Below are positions 44,501 through 53,910 of a DNA stretch of 64,000 bases, piece after piece. A program made the translations under genes and the position numbers. Position 1 is the stretch's first letter, and the number at the start of each line of letters is the position of its first letter. Origin of the DNA: Trypanosoma brucei. Taxonomy: Eukaryota. The notes under the pieces were generated by a model. It saw only the letters and a program-made list of their open reading frames with translations, was not told the origin of the DNA and did no database searches. The stretch spans positions 3,488,001 to 3,552,000 of the forward strand of contig CH464491.1 of the NCBI GenBank assembly GCA_000002445.1. Reading direction: 5' to 3'.

Positions 44501-44701
44501 CGGGCCATCCTCCTCAAGGACTTCCACTTTAGTTCCCTTCGGGTACGCAACGAGACATTGGTGCAACTTCCCGACGGGCGTGCATGGGTCCCTGGCTACC
44601 CATTCCGCCATGAACTGGGCGTACCCAAAATTGTCCGGAGCTATCAACCTCGGGAAATGAGTACAACCATGGTCATCCATATCCTTGTTCACAGATAACA
44701 A
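38600..44701 (-). CDS. Large Upf1-like superfamily-1 RNA/DNA helicase (Sen1/senataxin-like) with a ~1100-aa N-terminal extension
   Basis: 2033-aa ORF. The C-terminal helicase core carries motif I 'GPPGTGKTQT', motif II 'VVVVDEASQ', motif III 'VLVGDSRQLQPTV', motif IV region 'FRMHPSLCAFPNKYFYEGKL', motif V 'TTDSFQGKERDFVFISCVRA' and motif VI 'RINVALTRAREFCIVFG'. This is the Upf1/Sen1/Dna2-family signature. The N-terminal two-thirds are helical and leucine-rich with no motif I can recognise. Confidence 0.8.
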   Translation of the reverse strand: MLSVNKDMDDHGCTHFPRLIAPDNFGYAQFMAEWVARDPCTPVGKLHQCLVAYPKGTKVEVLEEDGPLQSTDDKAESGKGASEEVVLCESELTLEEIPEMVRQLSRGLIPVGPTFGASSPVVHKALEHVLSDKPDYGESFAQGASTGSDVDLLSLLTASKSTAFHGALVLLLFHRRRVVRFLSRKILLELSGVSHFRRDADTPATAAKAVWFVSLQLLCTLRHLVRIPMPVAEEKVRCAVADGFCSLFAFLGALDKELMDISKELKQQYAIGHETPSGSVEGASNVPHAMLALAQVSEGVVLTLGGGAIIHWLLSSARDPKEGQLSKPTTELLATMLSACLEDGTALPASVPSGQPRMSVARTILHMVITNGKNAGECEGKRRAKWYGQRLRELWWLAAHIEPPKSTPETGAPVDASGRPADEPHPGKLAGWIATLFSKNIGKYINFGAAEQTARTARSGCSDAAFRNMEVVIHTLSNVMCSLSDEVPQVVATQSHHNLLRSIQRGVADIAFAILRRTSNTISVVLLLRHFARADVEAFTKTDESLPAGCFRDLWEVFPRLLERVCTAALEVTEASSSPSPQLQLFSMLEVLTVFVECPAACIWLFSRNQEGQERGAQPLASLVDKCMSEVARVLRGAASAVMKQRKITKKGGNTPGTRSGVDDDAWTSAATLSSSSDSHVRHFAGVLFLSGNENMHEVGETILNLYFPIAAHREAIYTEAANWMMQKLILNDEVLNDYPLLLDEKKVNDAARARGVMWVNVMSACDRSRVADWVLTVMWWLCALVAEHSPLSSALCGKLSLKVIVLLPPITTYTLGAAQTRRQAADAPTATAACSVHNMISRSSSVSSSDSSDCGNSVNGLDEDFQSFLERWCDPQLLRRCAQRLMLAVLGGWIYYVPHNFTESLLYVARVLSSLPRDESFTLGLHSAFSKLLPHFQGDRLIPLLNADIHWLTAIIREVKEAHNRSAMSLALQEEKFTMEEKRELEARGRQMPERPTATDFNLSHVQLQVDHERRQNQQGEHRTIANVTCTEEATTGMKRPRGGDLMFPKGQRPAVPNRILISNALLQQRFQQQQQFLAASGVAEKRQNGSQSVGVSNLQLLRERKVREITQAKKLSQCHDAIRRIVGYTDFLRSPPPVSDIIGTGASCLAEEAPVIPESFATATDSGFTAYVSSFLPHIAVELRHELYHKFDEMLDGCRWRNRTGKNRPPEDIVYGDMIGEDEDNDTIHNSVVRGVVEGGTRPASWIVENSVSVVCTGNATVNPVDPTRMQFNITLANLGGEAKVLPSIGTVLLEGDVAVLMFPLGPLRSALPDAFGGCDTPTVWATMGCMPKICIVTVVQQGQSSATLTVFTPPKSKRPDLESSDGWNIPLIPFAQALRAFIMHKKHFYIKRLFPLGPSLAVVSALFDVQRRCIASTLMKPRLAARKAQEHARVLDTVLFETERWDTFAKKLLLRDCLDEFQARAVAVALVALVSEWEEQALGEKRLDAAPPDITIIEGPPGTGKTQTIAALTINLLKTLQEGKRVLLCASSNRAVDEVLLRLRSLLTRAPQLANRRLLRVGVRESVDPQVLAIRPAVFLDDCTDVTSDDAGGQQTFHAEMDTNGRPYGKRALPASADSSNVMLYGRSKKKDQIIRDASVVCTTIGSIPQIQRFLSEYDVVVVDEASQCTEPEALLALVLAKRRVVLVGDSRQLQPTVLSQKSAACGLRRSLLQRLLNEGHRPFTLLTQFRMHPSLCAFPNKYFYEGKLRTHESVLRRAIPASAVIHLATRTKLEKLPRLIFVDVHEGRMESSGKGGLRGTSVVNNTEAKVVAEHVRRFRKFLNLTVSEFAKHAGIITFYRAQREAIISNLTPEERRSEMQVATTDSFQGKERDFVFISCVRAPVRNGGAGTNNRSRYGSTLGFLQDWHRINVALTRAREFCIVFGHRQTFIDVAIVHRGKLSDKRRTEGGWGSTGTSVPITVSHQPELPMDEDDGNSDVETVEAPVLRPDDDPLVFEEMLRYAEKWPEQVSWFSNSQELNVLKELIRTV

Positions 44702-45428
44702 AAGTTAGCGTGACTGTTTGCTTGTGGCCGTCTGAATACAATATTTACTTTTCCCTCTTTTTCGCCGAACTCCCCTTTTCGTATTTACTGTTTCTGCTTT
44801 GAGCTCGCCCCCCCCTTCCCTATCTCGGCCTGCCTCCACACCTGTATTCTCACGGCCGTACAGACACTAAAAAAAAATACAAAAGTGTTTGGCCGCAAAC
44901 GCTAGCTGGTGCACGACCGGAAATTATATCCTTTCACCTTTCCAAGTAAAAAAATGCGCGTGGGAAAGTGATTGCAAGTTTAATGATATACAATAACTTT
45001 AAAGATCAGAGGAAGGGAAAAAAAAGACTCCAAATCTTCTCCGTGTGGAATAAGATGTGAAGTGCCACAGAAGGAAGAATCCATCAAGCGACGACTACAG
45101 AGAATACGTTAGGCCGCCTTCAAACAAACAAACGGAGCGACGAACACGTAAAAAGCCACCTACCACATCGAAACTTCAATGTGATACGATTTTACTCCGC
45201 AAGCACTTCACCGGTTTGGGTTGTTGACAGCAACCAAGTCGTATATGAAGGGAGCAGGAACTGCAGCGGCTATGATCCGCTCCCTCACCCGTGTGGCTGT
45301 CGCGACGCCTCTCCCCTCTCTTTCTCATAATTTTATAGTTTCTCCATCAGAATTCCATTACGTACGGTGTTGTGAAGGTGAGTGTATGCGCGCGCGTGTG
45401 TGTAGTTGGGAGGAGGGGGGACTTTCCC

Positions 45429-46094
45429 CTATTGCGATTGGAGTTTATCGACTGCCCTGCCGTGTATCTTGAATGCTGGTGTAACCCACACTCCACAGGA
45501 GCACTGCGAGCCAACCCACGATTGTGTACCAATCTTCGCGGAACAGGAATTGTTTGGGCAATATACCGTATCGGGAAGCACACTAGTGCCTCCACTTTCG
45601 CAGTGCGCTTCACGACTTTCTGCAGCCACCCATATTGAGACATCGGGGTTAAGAAAATAGCTGGTACACACACCCGCATTTTGCTGATCGCTCTGCTGTT
45701 TGGGGGCACCTCGCCGCCCGAATGCCTTCGGGCCTTTGCTGCTTGAGTCCGCACTGTGTGGCATAATTTCTTCGTGAGTGAAGAGAATGCGTCTGCAGAG
45801 GCGACAAGCGTACACAAATGATGAGTCCTCAGTTACTACTGGAGTTTCCTCATGCTTGCCGCTGGTCCCTGCAGTCACTGAGGTAACGGTGCTACCACCC
45901 CCTTTTGTGTCGCATCCTGCCTCCTGACTCATGGCTGTATGCTCAAGAGAGAAATCAAAGACATCAAAGAAGAGAGGAGACCGGGGAAGAGGAAGGGCTA
46001 ATTGATCAGCTAAGATAAACATGTAGAAAACAGTAATAGATCTGCCGCTGTCCACATTAACGTTGATGGACCAGAACACCAGTTGGTGCGCCAC
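45429..46094 (-). CDS. Hypothetical small Cys-rich protein (two CxxC-type pairs; possible Yippee/Mis18/Mss4-like zinc-binding fold)
   Basis: 221-aa ORF, possibly starting at the internal Met at 45932 ('MSQEAG...', ATG verified). It contains 'YACRLCRRILFTHEEIMPH' and 'YCPNNSCSAKIGTQSWVGSQCSCGVWVTPAF', which together look like a beta-tent zinc-binding arrangement. This is a weak guess. Confidence 0.4.
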   Translation of the reverse strand: MAHQLVFWSINVNVDSGRSITVFYMFILADQLALPLPRSPLFFDVFDFSLEHTAMSQEAGCDTKGGGSTVTSVTAGTSGKHEETPVVTEDSSFVYACRLCRRILFTHEEIMPHSADSSSKGPKAFGRRGAPKQQSDQQNAGVCTSYFLNPDVSIWVAAESREAHCESGGTSVLPDTVYCPNNSCSAKIGTQSWVGSQCSCGVWVTPAFKIHGRAVDKLQSQ

Positions 46095-46214
46095 GAGGGA
46101 AAAAGACGCGCCTCGCTTTCGGTTTCTTTTTTTTTTTTTAAATTGCTAAGCGACAAATAATATTTAATACCATCATAGCCGACACGCGAGCCCTGTGCAG
46201 TGAAAAAAAAAAAC

Positions 46215-48197
46215 TCACAAGGCGGGAGCCTCAGCTTGTTCTTTTAGTGATTCCGAATTCTGACGGGAGGCGGTTATTTTCTCTTCATACCGCGCAATGA
46301 AAGACAGGAGCTCTTCCGTAATTTTCGCAATTTTCCCAACAACACCTTGTTCCACAGTGGTAAGGTACAATTGCGCATTTCCGGTTCCATCGCTCTTTGC
46401 CGTGTCGACCTCCGCGCACGCGAGCCCCAAGAGCTGCGGAAGGTGCTGCAGGAAGCGGACGAGGTAACACAAATGGGCCTCATCAAGCCAGCAGCAGGAG
46501 ACGTGACTACTCACCGCAGGTGCAGTGGGCAACAGGGAGGCATCGGCTACGGCCATCTGAGCAGCCTTTGCTGCCGCCCAATCGTACATCTCCGCCTTTT
46601 CCCGATTGTAGAGGACAATGTGGAGGAAAAGCCGCTCGAGTTGTTGCTTAATAAGGGTGACGTAGTCACAGTAAAGATTTTCCTCTTGCTGAGCGTACAT
46701 GAAGGGGTTGACAAAATCCTGAGATTCGCGTTGTGCCTTGTGGAAGCCACGCACAGAAATGATAAACGCATCGAGTACCGCGCGGCAGCTGAGCGCTGGC
46801 TCATACATTTGTGGGGCGTCACCACTCCTGTCAATCTCTGGGACCCCATTCGTGCCGCTCTTGTCATTTTCCAACCTGTGGATAAGTCGTGCATGTAGCG
46901 TTTCCCTATGCAAATGGTCTGATATCAGTCTGCGGCGCAGTGTACTCGGTGTGTTAAACACCGGTTGAAGAGCTGTGGGCTGAACTATGGGGGTAACCGT
47001 ATTGACAACGTTAACATGAGCGGACAAGGTGGGAATTCTTGCTGTTCCTGGTATCGTGGCCTTCCTTGGTGGGTTCATGGGCGTCGCAGTTGTGTGGGAG
47101 GGAGGAGAAATGCTTTGCGCCACGTTTTCCGGTGCCCCGACATCCCCTCGATTACTGCGCTCACTGCCTTCAATCTTCTGTTTTAACTGACTTTGCTGCA
47201 TTTTCTTTGCTTCCTGTACGTACACCTCAACACCAGTTCGTGTTCCCCTGAGGGAAGGATCAATACGGAGCACGAAATCATCAATCTTTTTGTGTGCAAA
47301 ATGATGAAAGGACGCCGCCCGTCGTTCCCACTCCACCACCCCCGCATTGAAGTTCACACAGTTCCTCACCATCAGTTCCACATCATCCCGCAGTGATGTC
47401 AGTGATTCCGCTATACTACTCCCCATGTAAAGTGTGGGGTCGTCCCCGGTTCGTCGTCGTCTATGTTGCTGCCCCAAGTAGTACCCGTTCTGTGCACGTT
47501 CCTTCATGATGATAAGGTTCATCTTCAGGGGGCACATAGCCTCGTAGGCGCTTTTCAACTCTGGGTACGCCTCCGCTACATCGACGGCAAAGGCGCCATC
47601 ATCCTCACGTCGATTCAATGAATCGACGAGTTTGATCAATTCCGCGCTTCTTCTATTGCTATCGTCCTCGCTGGTAGCAATACCATTCCCCCGACCCGGT
47701 TGCCGCCTCGAGGAGTCGTTATCCACAGCTTCCGGCCCTCTTTCCCTTGATTCCCCGTCACGACCGCGTTTGCCTGTAGAATGTTTCTCTGGGACCGACA
47801 CTGACGCCACACGGAAAGAGGAAAGGCGCCTGCCACCCACTTTCTGCGAAATATATGCATCTATTTTGCCCATTGCAAACTTCTCAAAGGTTCGTGCGGC
47901 ATCTGCATAGGCCCCCTCCGCGCCGTTAAAAAGGATGCAGTTGTTAACCATCAACCTGATGTCTTCCTTTAATGTCGTCAGCTGCACATCATATCCGTAT
48001 GCACCCTTCGCCGCGCGGTCAGCAGCCGTCGCTAGATCACATCGGTTTGGACACACCTTCGTGTAGCTTTCTGCAAGTTCCGGGTACTGCAATAACACAT
48101 CCTGTGAAAAAAGTCCATTTTCTTGTGGTCGGTCGAGCGAGCGGACGAGTGACACCATTTCCTCTCTGGGGTAAAGCAGCTGCCGGTTTTGACTCAT
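46215..48197 (-). CDS. Tandem-bromodomain protein (bromodomain factor, BDF-like)
   Basis: The ORF track gives 46215..48419. The probable start is 'MSQNRQLLYP...' at 48197, with ATG verified. The upstream 74 codons are encoded by a T/G-homopolymer spacer. BD1 is 'FSQDVLLQYPELAESYTKVCPNRCDLATAADRAAKGAYGYDVQLTTLKEDIRLMVNNCILFNG'. BD2 is 'FAVDVAEAYPELKSAYEAMCPLKMNLIIMKERAQNGYY...LRDDVELMVRNCVNFNAG'. Both fit the bromodomain ZA-loop and conserved Asn (NC..FN) pattern. Confidence 0.65.
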   Translation of the reverse strand: MSQNRQLLYPREEMVSLVRSLDRPQENGLFSQDVLLQYPELAESYTKVCPNRCDLATAADRAAKGAYGYDVQLTTLKEDIRLMVNNCILFNGAEGAYADAARTFEKFAMGKIDAYISQKVGGRRLSSFRVASVSVPEKHSTGKRGRDGESRERGPEAVDNDSSRRQPGRGNGIATSEDDSNRRSAELIKLVDSLNRREDDGAFAVDVAEAYPELKSAYEAMCPLKMNLIIMKERAQNGYYLGQQHRRRRTGDDPTLYMGSSIAESLTSLRDDVELMVRNCVNFNAGVVEWERRAASFHHFAHKKIDDFVLRIDPSLRGTRTGVEVYVQEAKKMQQSQLKQKIEGSERSNRGDVGAPENVAQSISPPSHTTATPMNPPRKATIPGTARIPTLSAHVNVVNTVTPIVQPTALQPVFNTPSTLRRRLISDHLHRETLHARLIHRLENDKSGTNGVPEIDRSGDAPQMYEPALSCRAVLDAFIISVRGFHKAQRESQDFVNPFMYAQQEENLYCDYVTLIKQQLERLFLHIVLYNREKAEMYDWAAAKAAQMAVADASLLPTAPAVSSHVSCCWLDEAHLCYLVRFLQHLPQLLGLACAEVDTAKSDGTGNAQLYLTTVEQGVVGKIAKITEELLSFIARYEEKITASRQNSESLKEQAEAPAL

Positions 48198-48292
48198 GGG
48201 CACGATCGGTGTTGCTGCGTCTCCATGCAAGAGAAATATATGTACAGAATTGTGGGTGGGAAGACAATATTGAAGAAAAAGATGTTTAAGTG

Positions 48293-48313
48293 TTTTTTTT
48301 TTTTGGGGGGGGG
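48293..48313. repeat. Abutting homopolymers T(12)G(9), which read C9A12 on the transcribed strand
   Basis: The sequence 'gttttttttttttgggggggggaagg' is directly visible. It lies about 100 nt upstream (in the minus sense) of the probable bromodomain-gene start at 48197. Confidence 0.9.
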
Positions 48314-48688
48314 AAGGAAACAGTGGAGAAAAACAGCAAAGAAATATCGGAGTAAAGGAAGTAAGTATTGCACCCGAACAACAGTAATAGAGTGTGTTCC
48401 GTCGAGCTTTCTGTTGCAATCAAATCCACGTCGCCACCATCATCGCCCACTTCTGGAAGATGCGACACAATGCCATACCATTTTCGATTCCACCAAATAG
48501 ACAACTTCTTTTTTTCATTTGAAAAGAAACCGTGCAACATAATATTCCATTTCCCTCCCTCAGGGACACTACCAGACACTGTCCCGGGGGTGTACACACA
48601 CTCCACTTTTTCTGCCTCGTGTGCATAAGTAAATGCGTCTGCGTGCCTTCTCCGCATGATGCGCAGAGATGCTTGTTTCCTTTTCGTT

Positions 48689-49534
48689 TCACACACGTGA
48701 AATTATTTGTTGCACTCGCATGTACTCATCCCCAGTTAGTGTTACAACGCCAGTAGCCCTCTTGCGGTCTCTGTCCTGCACCTCTGCTGAGCCCCGGGGT
48801 TGACAGCAGGACTGGCGGCGCCTCCTGGAGGGTGTAAAACACCTACCGACTTTCCCTGATGCAGGCGTCAGGGAAACTGTCGTGGCTGAAGTGGAAGGAG
48901 GTACGGAAGTTCCTTCACTTGGGTTTGGAACATGGGGGAAGCAGTTCAGCCGCGCGGGCAATGCGGTTGATGGAGCAGCACCTACACGTTTGGACGACGA
49001 GGCGCTACCCATATGTGACCTTACGAAGGGCCCTGAAGAGGGGCGTGACAACGTCGGGGCTCGATTCTTTCGGTGTTTGTCAGCCTTACGTCCGCTCACA
49101 GACCATCGAGGGACCTGTTGTGTGTCGTACCGACTCCAAGCGGCATCTAACAGTTTGATTGGTTGTTCAACGGTTGAAACGGACACCGTCGAGGTCCGTC
49201 GGAAAGAACCTGTTGTATATAAACCCTGCGGCCCCTCTACATTTTGACATTCCCCTTCTTTGATCGATCCCCCTTCGTCTATAGACACCATTACGTCTGC
49301 TGCGGGCTCCTGGTGTCGTATGTCAGCAACCTCTTCCGTCACACATCCGCTGCGATTTCCTTCTTTATTTTCGAGTGCCCTCCGGTGACAAGCATTAGTG
49401 GCACCGGACTCATCACAGATGTAGCCACGGCGCCGCAGTTCGTATGTATTTTCGTAGAGCTTGGCGGTTTCGCGCCGACGCGCTGCTCGCAACCGCTCCG
49501 CCGTTGTACAACCATCGGAACGAGGTGTCCACAT
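48689..49534 (-). CDS. Hypothetical protein (Ser/Thr/Pro-rich C-terminal half)
   Basis: 281-aa ORF with coding-like composition in the N-terminal half. No recognised domain. Confidence is moderate to low. Confidence 0.4.
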   Translation of the reverse strand: MWTPRSDGCTTAERLRAARRRETAKLYENTYELRRRGYICDESGATNACHRRALENKEGNRSGCVTEEVADIRHQEPAADVMVSIDEGGSIKEGECQNVEGPQGLYTTGSFRRTSTVSVSTVEQPIKLLDAAWSRYDTQQVPRWSVSGRKADKHRKNRAPTLSRPSSGPFVRSHMGSASSSKRVGAAPSTALPARLNCFPHVPNPSEGTSVPPSTSATTVSLTPASGKVGRCFTPSRRRRQSCCQPRGSAEVQDRDRKRATGVVTLTGDEYMRVQQIISRV

Positions 49535-50476
49535 CGCTTCCGTATGCTAATTGTGGTGGTAGTATATATCGTTTTATGTAGTGTCTATGGTTTGAAAAAC
49601 GAGCAGAGAAGCTCGAGCCCAGTCCGTACTTGTGATTGTGACGATCTGAGAGTAGAATATATGCTTTCCCGCGTTTCGATGCTTTTCTGTTGCCGCCACC
49701 ACTATTCCTTCCTGCTACGGTACAATCCCTGTCGTTGCGCTGTCGTTGTACTAACCCCGAGGGGCTACGATTACAGTAGAGTAAGGCGCTAAAAAACAGA
49801 TGCATATCGACACCGTATACGCATTTCCGCAAAGAAGCACACATGTAAGTTACCACAAGTTCAAACAATAAGAACAGTAACACCAAGGGAAGGGGAGAGG
49901 AATTATAGCACATGAGTAAAGGTTACTGTTCAGCACTACTCTCACTTGAACAACGTTGTACACAGCATAGTTGCTTAGGGAAACAAGAAGAATACCATAT
50001 ACACTGGTGGATTCGCACCTACTGTACAATTAAGTGGATGCACCAACAACTGAAAAATTGCACCCGCCGTGGCAGTTGAAGAGTGGACCTGAGGGCTGTG
50101 ACAACACACAGACCGCGGAAGCTACATATCGCTGTGACACCGCATTTCAATAAAATTCCGACAAACCCAGATAATTTCGAAATAAAAGAAAAAAAAGAAG
50201 AGGACAAGGGTAGAGGTACATACGGCGAAATATGCAAGGGGGATCAAGGCAACAAAATATGTTGACGCACAAGAAATACGTCACGAGAAAAAAGGCGTGA
50301 GGATTACTACCCCACCAAAATGGTGCCGCGTCTAACAGTGCATCGGCAGCACGTGAGTCTGTTCATGTTTTTTATGATTTGCTTTGGCGGCAGTGACGTG
50401 ATTATGTAATATACATTGAAGTGAATTAACCCGTGCCAACTGAAGATCCCCGTTTCTTCACGTAAAAGTTCCCCAC

Positions 50477-51484
50477 TTATTCTGACCGCTGTTGTCTCTG
50501 TCGGTGTTCCCCATGCGGATGTTGATGCTGCCGTCGTTGTTGCTGCTGTTGCTGTGCCATTTGGTGCCTTAGCAGCGCCTCAACCATGTCCCTTTTGTCC
50601 CGGCACCGCTCTAAAGAGAGCCAATTAAGCCACATCAGGGTCCGGAGGTTGCGCACTGTCATGGCTTCCAGCTCCTCACGTGTTCGAAGGACTTTTGCAT
50701 CGGCGATTACACCCTCCTCCTCTCTCGGCACCCTACGGCTCGAATCACTTCCACGTTTGTTCTCAGCAAGTCTCAGGAAAGAGACATTTTCAGGATTTGC
50801 CCTTTCAGCCGCTGGAGATATGGAGTGGATGGGCTGACGTACCGAGGGGACAAATGCCCTTGGTACTAGCACGCGCGCAAAACGCGCAGCCCTATTAATA
50901 TACGCCGGTATTTTTTTAAGGCCTGCTTCCGGGAACTCTGCCTCGAGCGAGTCGCGGAATGCCTTTGTGAAATGATTGCAATTACGTCTCAGCATGTGGT
51001 ACTTACTTGCCTCCCACTCAGGGCGTAGCTTTCCCACTATAGCAAGAATTTGTCGTATACTTGTGCCTCGAGGTAGATACCCAAGCAACTTACTCTTTTC
51101 AAACAGATACTTTGGGAGCATTTCTCTTGGCCTACCACAAGTGATACCACAGACCCCAGGTATAGGACGTGTTGAGCCGCTGAATGCCCATTCCGTGGAG
51201 AAAATTTCCATACCGGTGTGATAAATGCCCAGACCAATACGTGCATTTAGATTGTATGTGGTTTTGTCCACCTTGTTCTGCAGATTGTAAATATTCAAAA
51301 ACACAGGTACACCCATGCCCACGCTTCTACATCGGCCCTCGTCCTCTGACGTTTCCGGGCTGCTTTGCTCACTTGATAGTTGACCACGCTTCGACTCTGC
51401 TGGGGGGCATTGCTGTTTCAGTCTAGTCGATTTGCTGTCCTTTAAACTCTTGCTAGAAGGCCTGCAACAGCCTCCGCCCATCAC
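50477..51484 (-). CDS. PPPDE-domain (DeSI-like) putative deSUMOylating/deubiquitinating peptidase, with a C-terminal extension
   Basis: 335-aa ORF. 'VFLNIYNL', 'YHTGMEIFSTEWAFSG' and 'YHMLRRNCNHFTKAFRDSL' match the PPPDE/DUF862 signature in human DESI2 ('VVLNVYDM', 'HSGIEVYGREFAYG', 'YHLMHKNCNHFSSALSEIL'), with the catalytic His and Cys retained. The ~90-aa C-terminal extension contains 'EELEAMTVRNLRTLMWLNWLSLERCRDKRDMVEALLRH', a possible helix-extended-helix motif, followed by a Gln/His-rich tail. Confidence 0.75.
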   Translation of the reverse strand: MMGGGCCRPSSKSLKDSKSTRLKQQCPPAESKRGQLSSEQSSPETSEDEGRCRSVGMGVPVFLNIYNLQNKVDKTTYNLNARIGLGIYHTGMEIFSTEWAFSGSTRPIPGVCGITCGRPREMLPKYLFEKSKLLGYLPRGTSIRQILAIVGKLRPEWEASKYHMLRRNCNHFTKAFRDSLEAEFPEAGLKKIPAYINRAARFARVLVPRAFVPSVRQPIHSISPAAERANPENVSFLRLAENKRGSDSSRRVPREEEGVIADAKVLRTREELEAMTVRNLRTLMWLNWLSLERCRDKRDMVEALLRHQMAQQQQQQRRQHQHPHGEHRQRQQRSE

Positions 51485-52558
51485 CTACACCAGTGTGCAC
51501 AGCAAACAGGATGGGTTGCTAAGCTGGCGGTTGAGATTTTCAATGCTTCGTATAAATAGCTAAAGTTTTTGACGTCGTTTCACACTCAGTTGTCTTGACC
51601 CTTGCAGTGGGAGGGGCGGGGTGTAGAGTTGCGCAACTGGACTTCGCCACCGGTACTGCACCTGCTTGCCGTCAACACCGCCACCACAAGTCCTATACTC
51701 TTCCTGCCTCCGCTCGCCGTTCGCTTTTATGCGGGGAGGACAAGGGTAACTGTACGCAGAGCTGCCCAAAATACTCACCACAATAGCGGAGAGATGTGTA
51801 GATGAACCTATGAATAAATATGTAAAAGAAAAAAGCGTATGCTGCCTTTTGTAACGGAAAGAGGAACACGAAAACGGCGCCACACAAACCGATTTGGATG
51901 GGGAAGGAGGGTGGTCAACACGACGGACTTCGGTTACTATGAAGTTGGGAAAATAGTTCGTGAGTGGTGTCTTGGGAAACACAATGCCAGTCGTCGTCAA
52001 CATCATCCGTTCGCAGCATCGCCTCATGCCTGCATGCAAACGGGTAAACGCAACGGGAAAATGTCATCACATTCCAAGCCACTCTGTCCTTGTGAACACT
52101 ATGAAGGGGAAACCAGTCGGAACGAACAAAACAAACAAGCGATAAGGAATACTAACAACGGTAACAGAGGATGAACCACGGGCACAACCATCGTGCAAGC
52201 AACGTCCACCAATGAATGCAGCCACTACGGAAGCATACCCGCAAGTTTATTCGTGCACACAATTTCCCGTGGCGATATGCACGATGATCGGCGATTGACA
52301 TTCACACCCTACGTCTTTCATCCCCCCACGATGCCATCAATAGCTTCTCCGATTTTATCGTGTTAAGAGTTTCATCTTCATACCACAATTAAACAAGGGA
52401 TTATCAACAAACAAACGCGTACCGCTGCCGCCTCTACCCCTGCGAACACCATCGACGAAAATTTATACCCCGATACCTCACAACACGGGAGACCGTTTAA
52501 CGACGCGTTTTTCTTGCCACAGATTCCCTTCCTCGTTGTTTGTGCTACTCACCCACAC

Positions 52559-53509
52559 CTACCTCCATTCCTTCTGCCACCTATCTGTACGGCTTTTCAC
52601 ATACTCATAAACAACCATTGAAACCCCACTGATGGGTCCAGCGCGTAGGAGCGAGACGCCGAGACCGCGGTATATGACGAGCGGTGATTCTCTTCGTAGT
52701 AGCTCCACCACTGCCAGCGTTCCTACGCACCGGGCTTGTACAATTGTCTTGACTGTGTCCAGAGGATACAGAAGTGCCCATGTGACCATAGACGCCGTAC
52801 AGCCGGCTACAAATGTCCACTCAGTGGGCAACCGTTCCTCAATTCCGGGCGACTCGGTGCCAGTACTCGAAGTACACCAAGCACGGAGCCACCGCCTGTT
52901 TACATCATAGAAACCCAAGTAGCACCCAGCGAAACACGTATCCTTCAGGAGGTGGTAACCGAATCCATGAAAGTAACCCTTGATTCCCTCACTGCGGAAA
53001 ATATTCGCAGCACACACCCATGCGTTCCTGGTTGATCTCCGCGTGGAGTATTGTGTCCTAAGTTTTATGACGTGGAAGGGACAGCCAATAAACGTTCCCG
53101 CAGCACCGGCACACGCACCCGAGCGAAACGGTGACTCTCCCAGCCACGATGCTACCGACCTCAGCAGCTCATTGACATGTAAACTCCGGAAGGGATGAGA
53201 GGCCATGGGGGTGGAGTGAGTCGCTCGCGGCGGTTTGTTACAACTTCTCTCTGCACGAATCGAATCCCACAAGGCATATTGCAGGCTACGCTTCGTTGCC
53301 GACATGATAAGCGGTGGACCGGTACCACGGTACAAACTTCGCACACCTTCCTCGCGTGCGACGTCCAACATGGTCTTCCACGCCGAGCGGGCCGCCAACG
53401 GACCACACGCCTGCGCACGCGTCTTTGCACTGTCAAGAGGCTGACCCAGAACAACAGTTGTCATACCTTGCGCTGCACCAGGCAGAAACGTGAGTGCCCA
53501 ATCAATCAT
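52559..53509 (-). CDS. Mitochondrial carrier family (SLC25) protein
   Basis: 316-aa ORF with a tripartite repeat. It carries the carrier signature Px[DE]xx[KR]: 'GQPLDSAKTRAQ' in repeat 1, 'CPFHVIKLRTQ' in repeat 2 (with F replacing D/E), and 'YPLDTVKTIVQ' in repeat 3. Six hydrophobic helices are predicted. Confidence 0.75.
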   Translation of the reverse strand: MIDWALTFLPGAAQGMTTVVLGQPLDSAKTRAQACGPLAARSAWKTMLDVAREEGVRSLYRGTGPPLIMSATKRSLQYALWDSIRAERSCNKPPRATHSTPMASHPFRSLHVNELLRSVASWLGESPFRSGACAGAAGTFIGCPFHVIKLRTQYSTRRSTRNAWVCAANIFRSEGIKGYFHGFGYHLLKDTCFAGCYLGFYDVNRRWLRAWCTSSTGTESPGIEERLPTEWTFVAGCTASMVTWALLYPLDTVKTIVQARCVGTLAVVELLRRESPLVIYRGLGVSLLRAGPISGVSMVVYEYVKSRTDRWQKEWR

Positions 53510-53910
53510 TCATCTATCTTTATTCTGTGTACTTCGTCTCTCCTGCCGTATCAAGGCAGTTAGTGCCTGTAAGTGTGTGTGTGGGGAGAGGGGTGAGGTA
53601 ACCCTAAAAAAGTCAGTAACGAAGAAGAACAATGATTTTGGCTGGGTGCACACAGGCATGCCTGGAACCTTCACTTTTTGACAATCGATGAAGAGAATAC
53701 CTTTTGCTGATGCTTCCGTTTTGTTCTGCTTGTTTGTGGATCATGACAGAACCCGCAAAAAAATCCAGAAAAAAGAAAAGATTAGGTAACAGACTTCGTG
53801 CATTTAAGCATGCTGGTGTCCTGTAGAGGCTTGAGAGGAGGAAAGGGGGGAGGGGAGGGGGAGGTCAAAAGCAAAACAAGCCGTAAACAAGCACTTCACA
53901 GATCCACGTT

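Noticed and set aside
51560-52039. 159-aa minus-strand ORF in the spacer between the PPPDE and mitochondrial-carrier genes, and similarly 61886..62473 (195 aa)
   Set aside because: Low-complexity, Cys/Arg/Pro-rich translations without motifs. Both lie in pyrimidine/purine-tract-rich sequence that looks like UTR.
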